Positions 61,941-64,000 of a stretch of DNA of 64,000 nt are shown here, one piece after another (positions within the stretch are counted from its first letter, which is position 1; each line of letters begins with the position of its first letter). The stretch covers positions 128,001 through 192,000 of the forward strand of contig CAWHHI010000016.1 of NCBI GenBank assembly GCA_963829055.1, read 5' to 3'. The notes beneath the pieces were generated by a model. That model was not told the DNA's origin. It saw only the letters and a program-made list of their open reading frames with translations, and ran no database searches. The position numbers and the translations under genes were made by a program. This DNA comes from an uncultured Gemmatimonadaceae bacterium (GTDB lineage: Bacteria > Gemmatimonadota > Gemmatimonadetes > Gemmatimonadales > Gemmatimonadaceae).

Positions 61941-64000
<2,060 letters not shown>

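Overview
High-GC (roughly 65-68% by eye) bacterial core-chromosome window. Gene style suggests Gemmatimonadota, but that is inference. Contents in order: a class-III aminotransferase and two amidohydrolases; a six-gene alternative complex III operon (actABCDEF) behind a perfect Rex/CRP-type operator; trxC, tRNA-Ala and hsp20; a four-gene two-component block; a tonB-exbB-exbD-exbD-TonB-like cluster preceded by a sigma54-type promoter; two APC permeases; a divergent membrane H+-pyrophosphatase; a dicarboxylate symporter; pntAB-pntB without the soluble dI gene; a minus-strand amino-sugar/peptidoglycan-recycling cluster; a PIP-synthase-like gene plus ino1; 2-oxoacid dehydrogenase E1a/E1b/E2; trxB, an aspartase/fumarase, Rrf2, tRNA-Leu, smpB, an amidase and pyrD-pyrF; a stand-alone rpmJ-rpsM-rpsK-rpsD-rpoA-rplQ-rpmB operon; gmd; and a truncated carB. 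About 17 frameshifts, mostly at 16.8-27.3 kb, look like long-read assembly errors. The strongest unexplained signal is at DNA level: the non-palindromic word CGTTAGG(C)/(G)CCTAACG occurs about every 1.5 kb on both strands, written into conserved genes in several reading frames using rare codons. A family of 4x7-bp heptamer hairpins, some inside coding sequence, is a second one. No transposase, integrase, CRISPR array or rRNA was seen.
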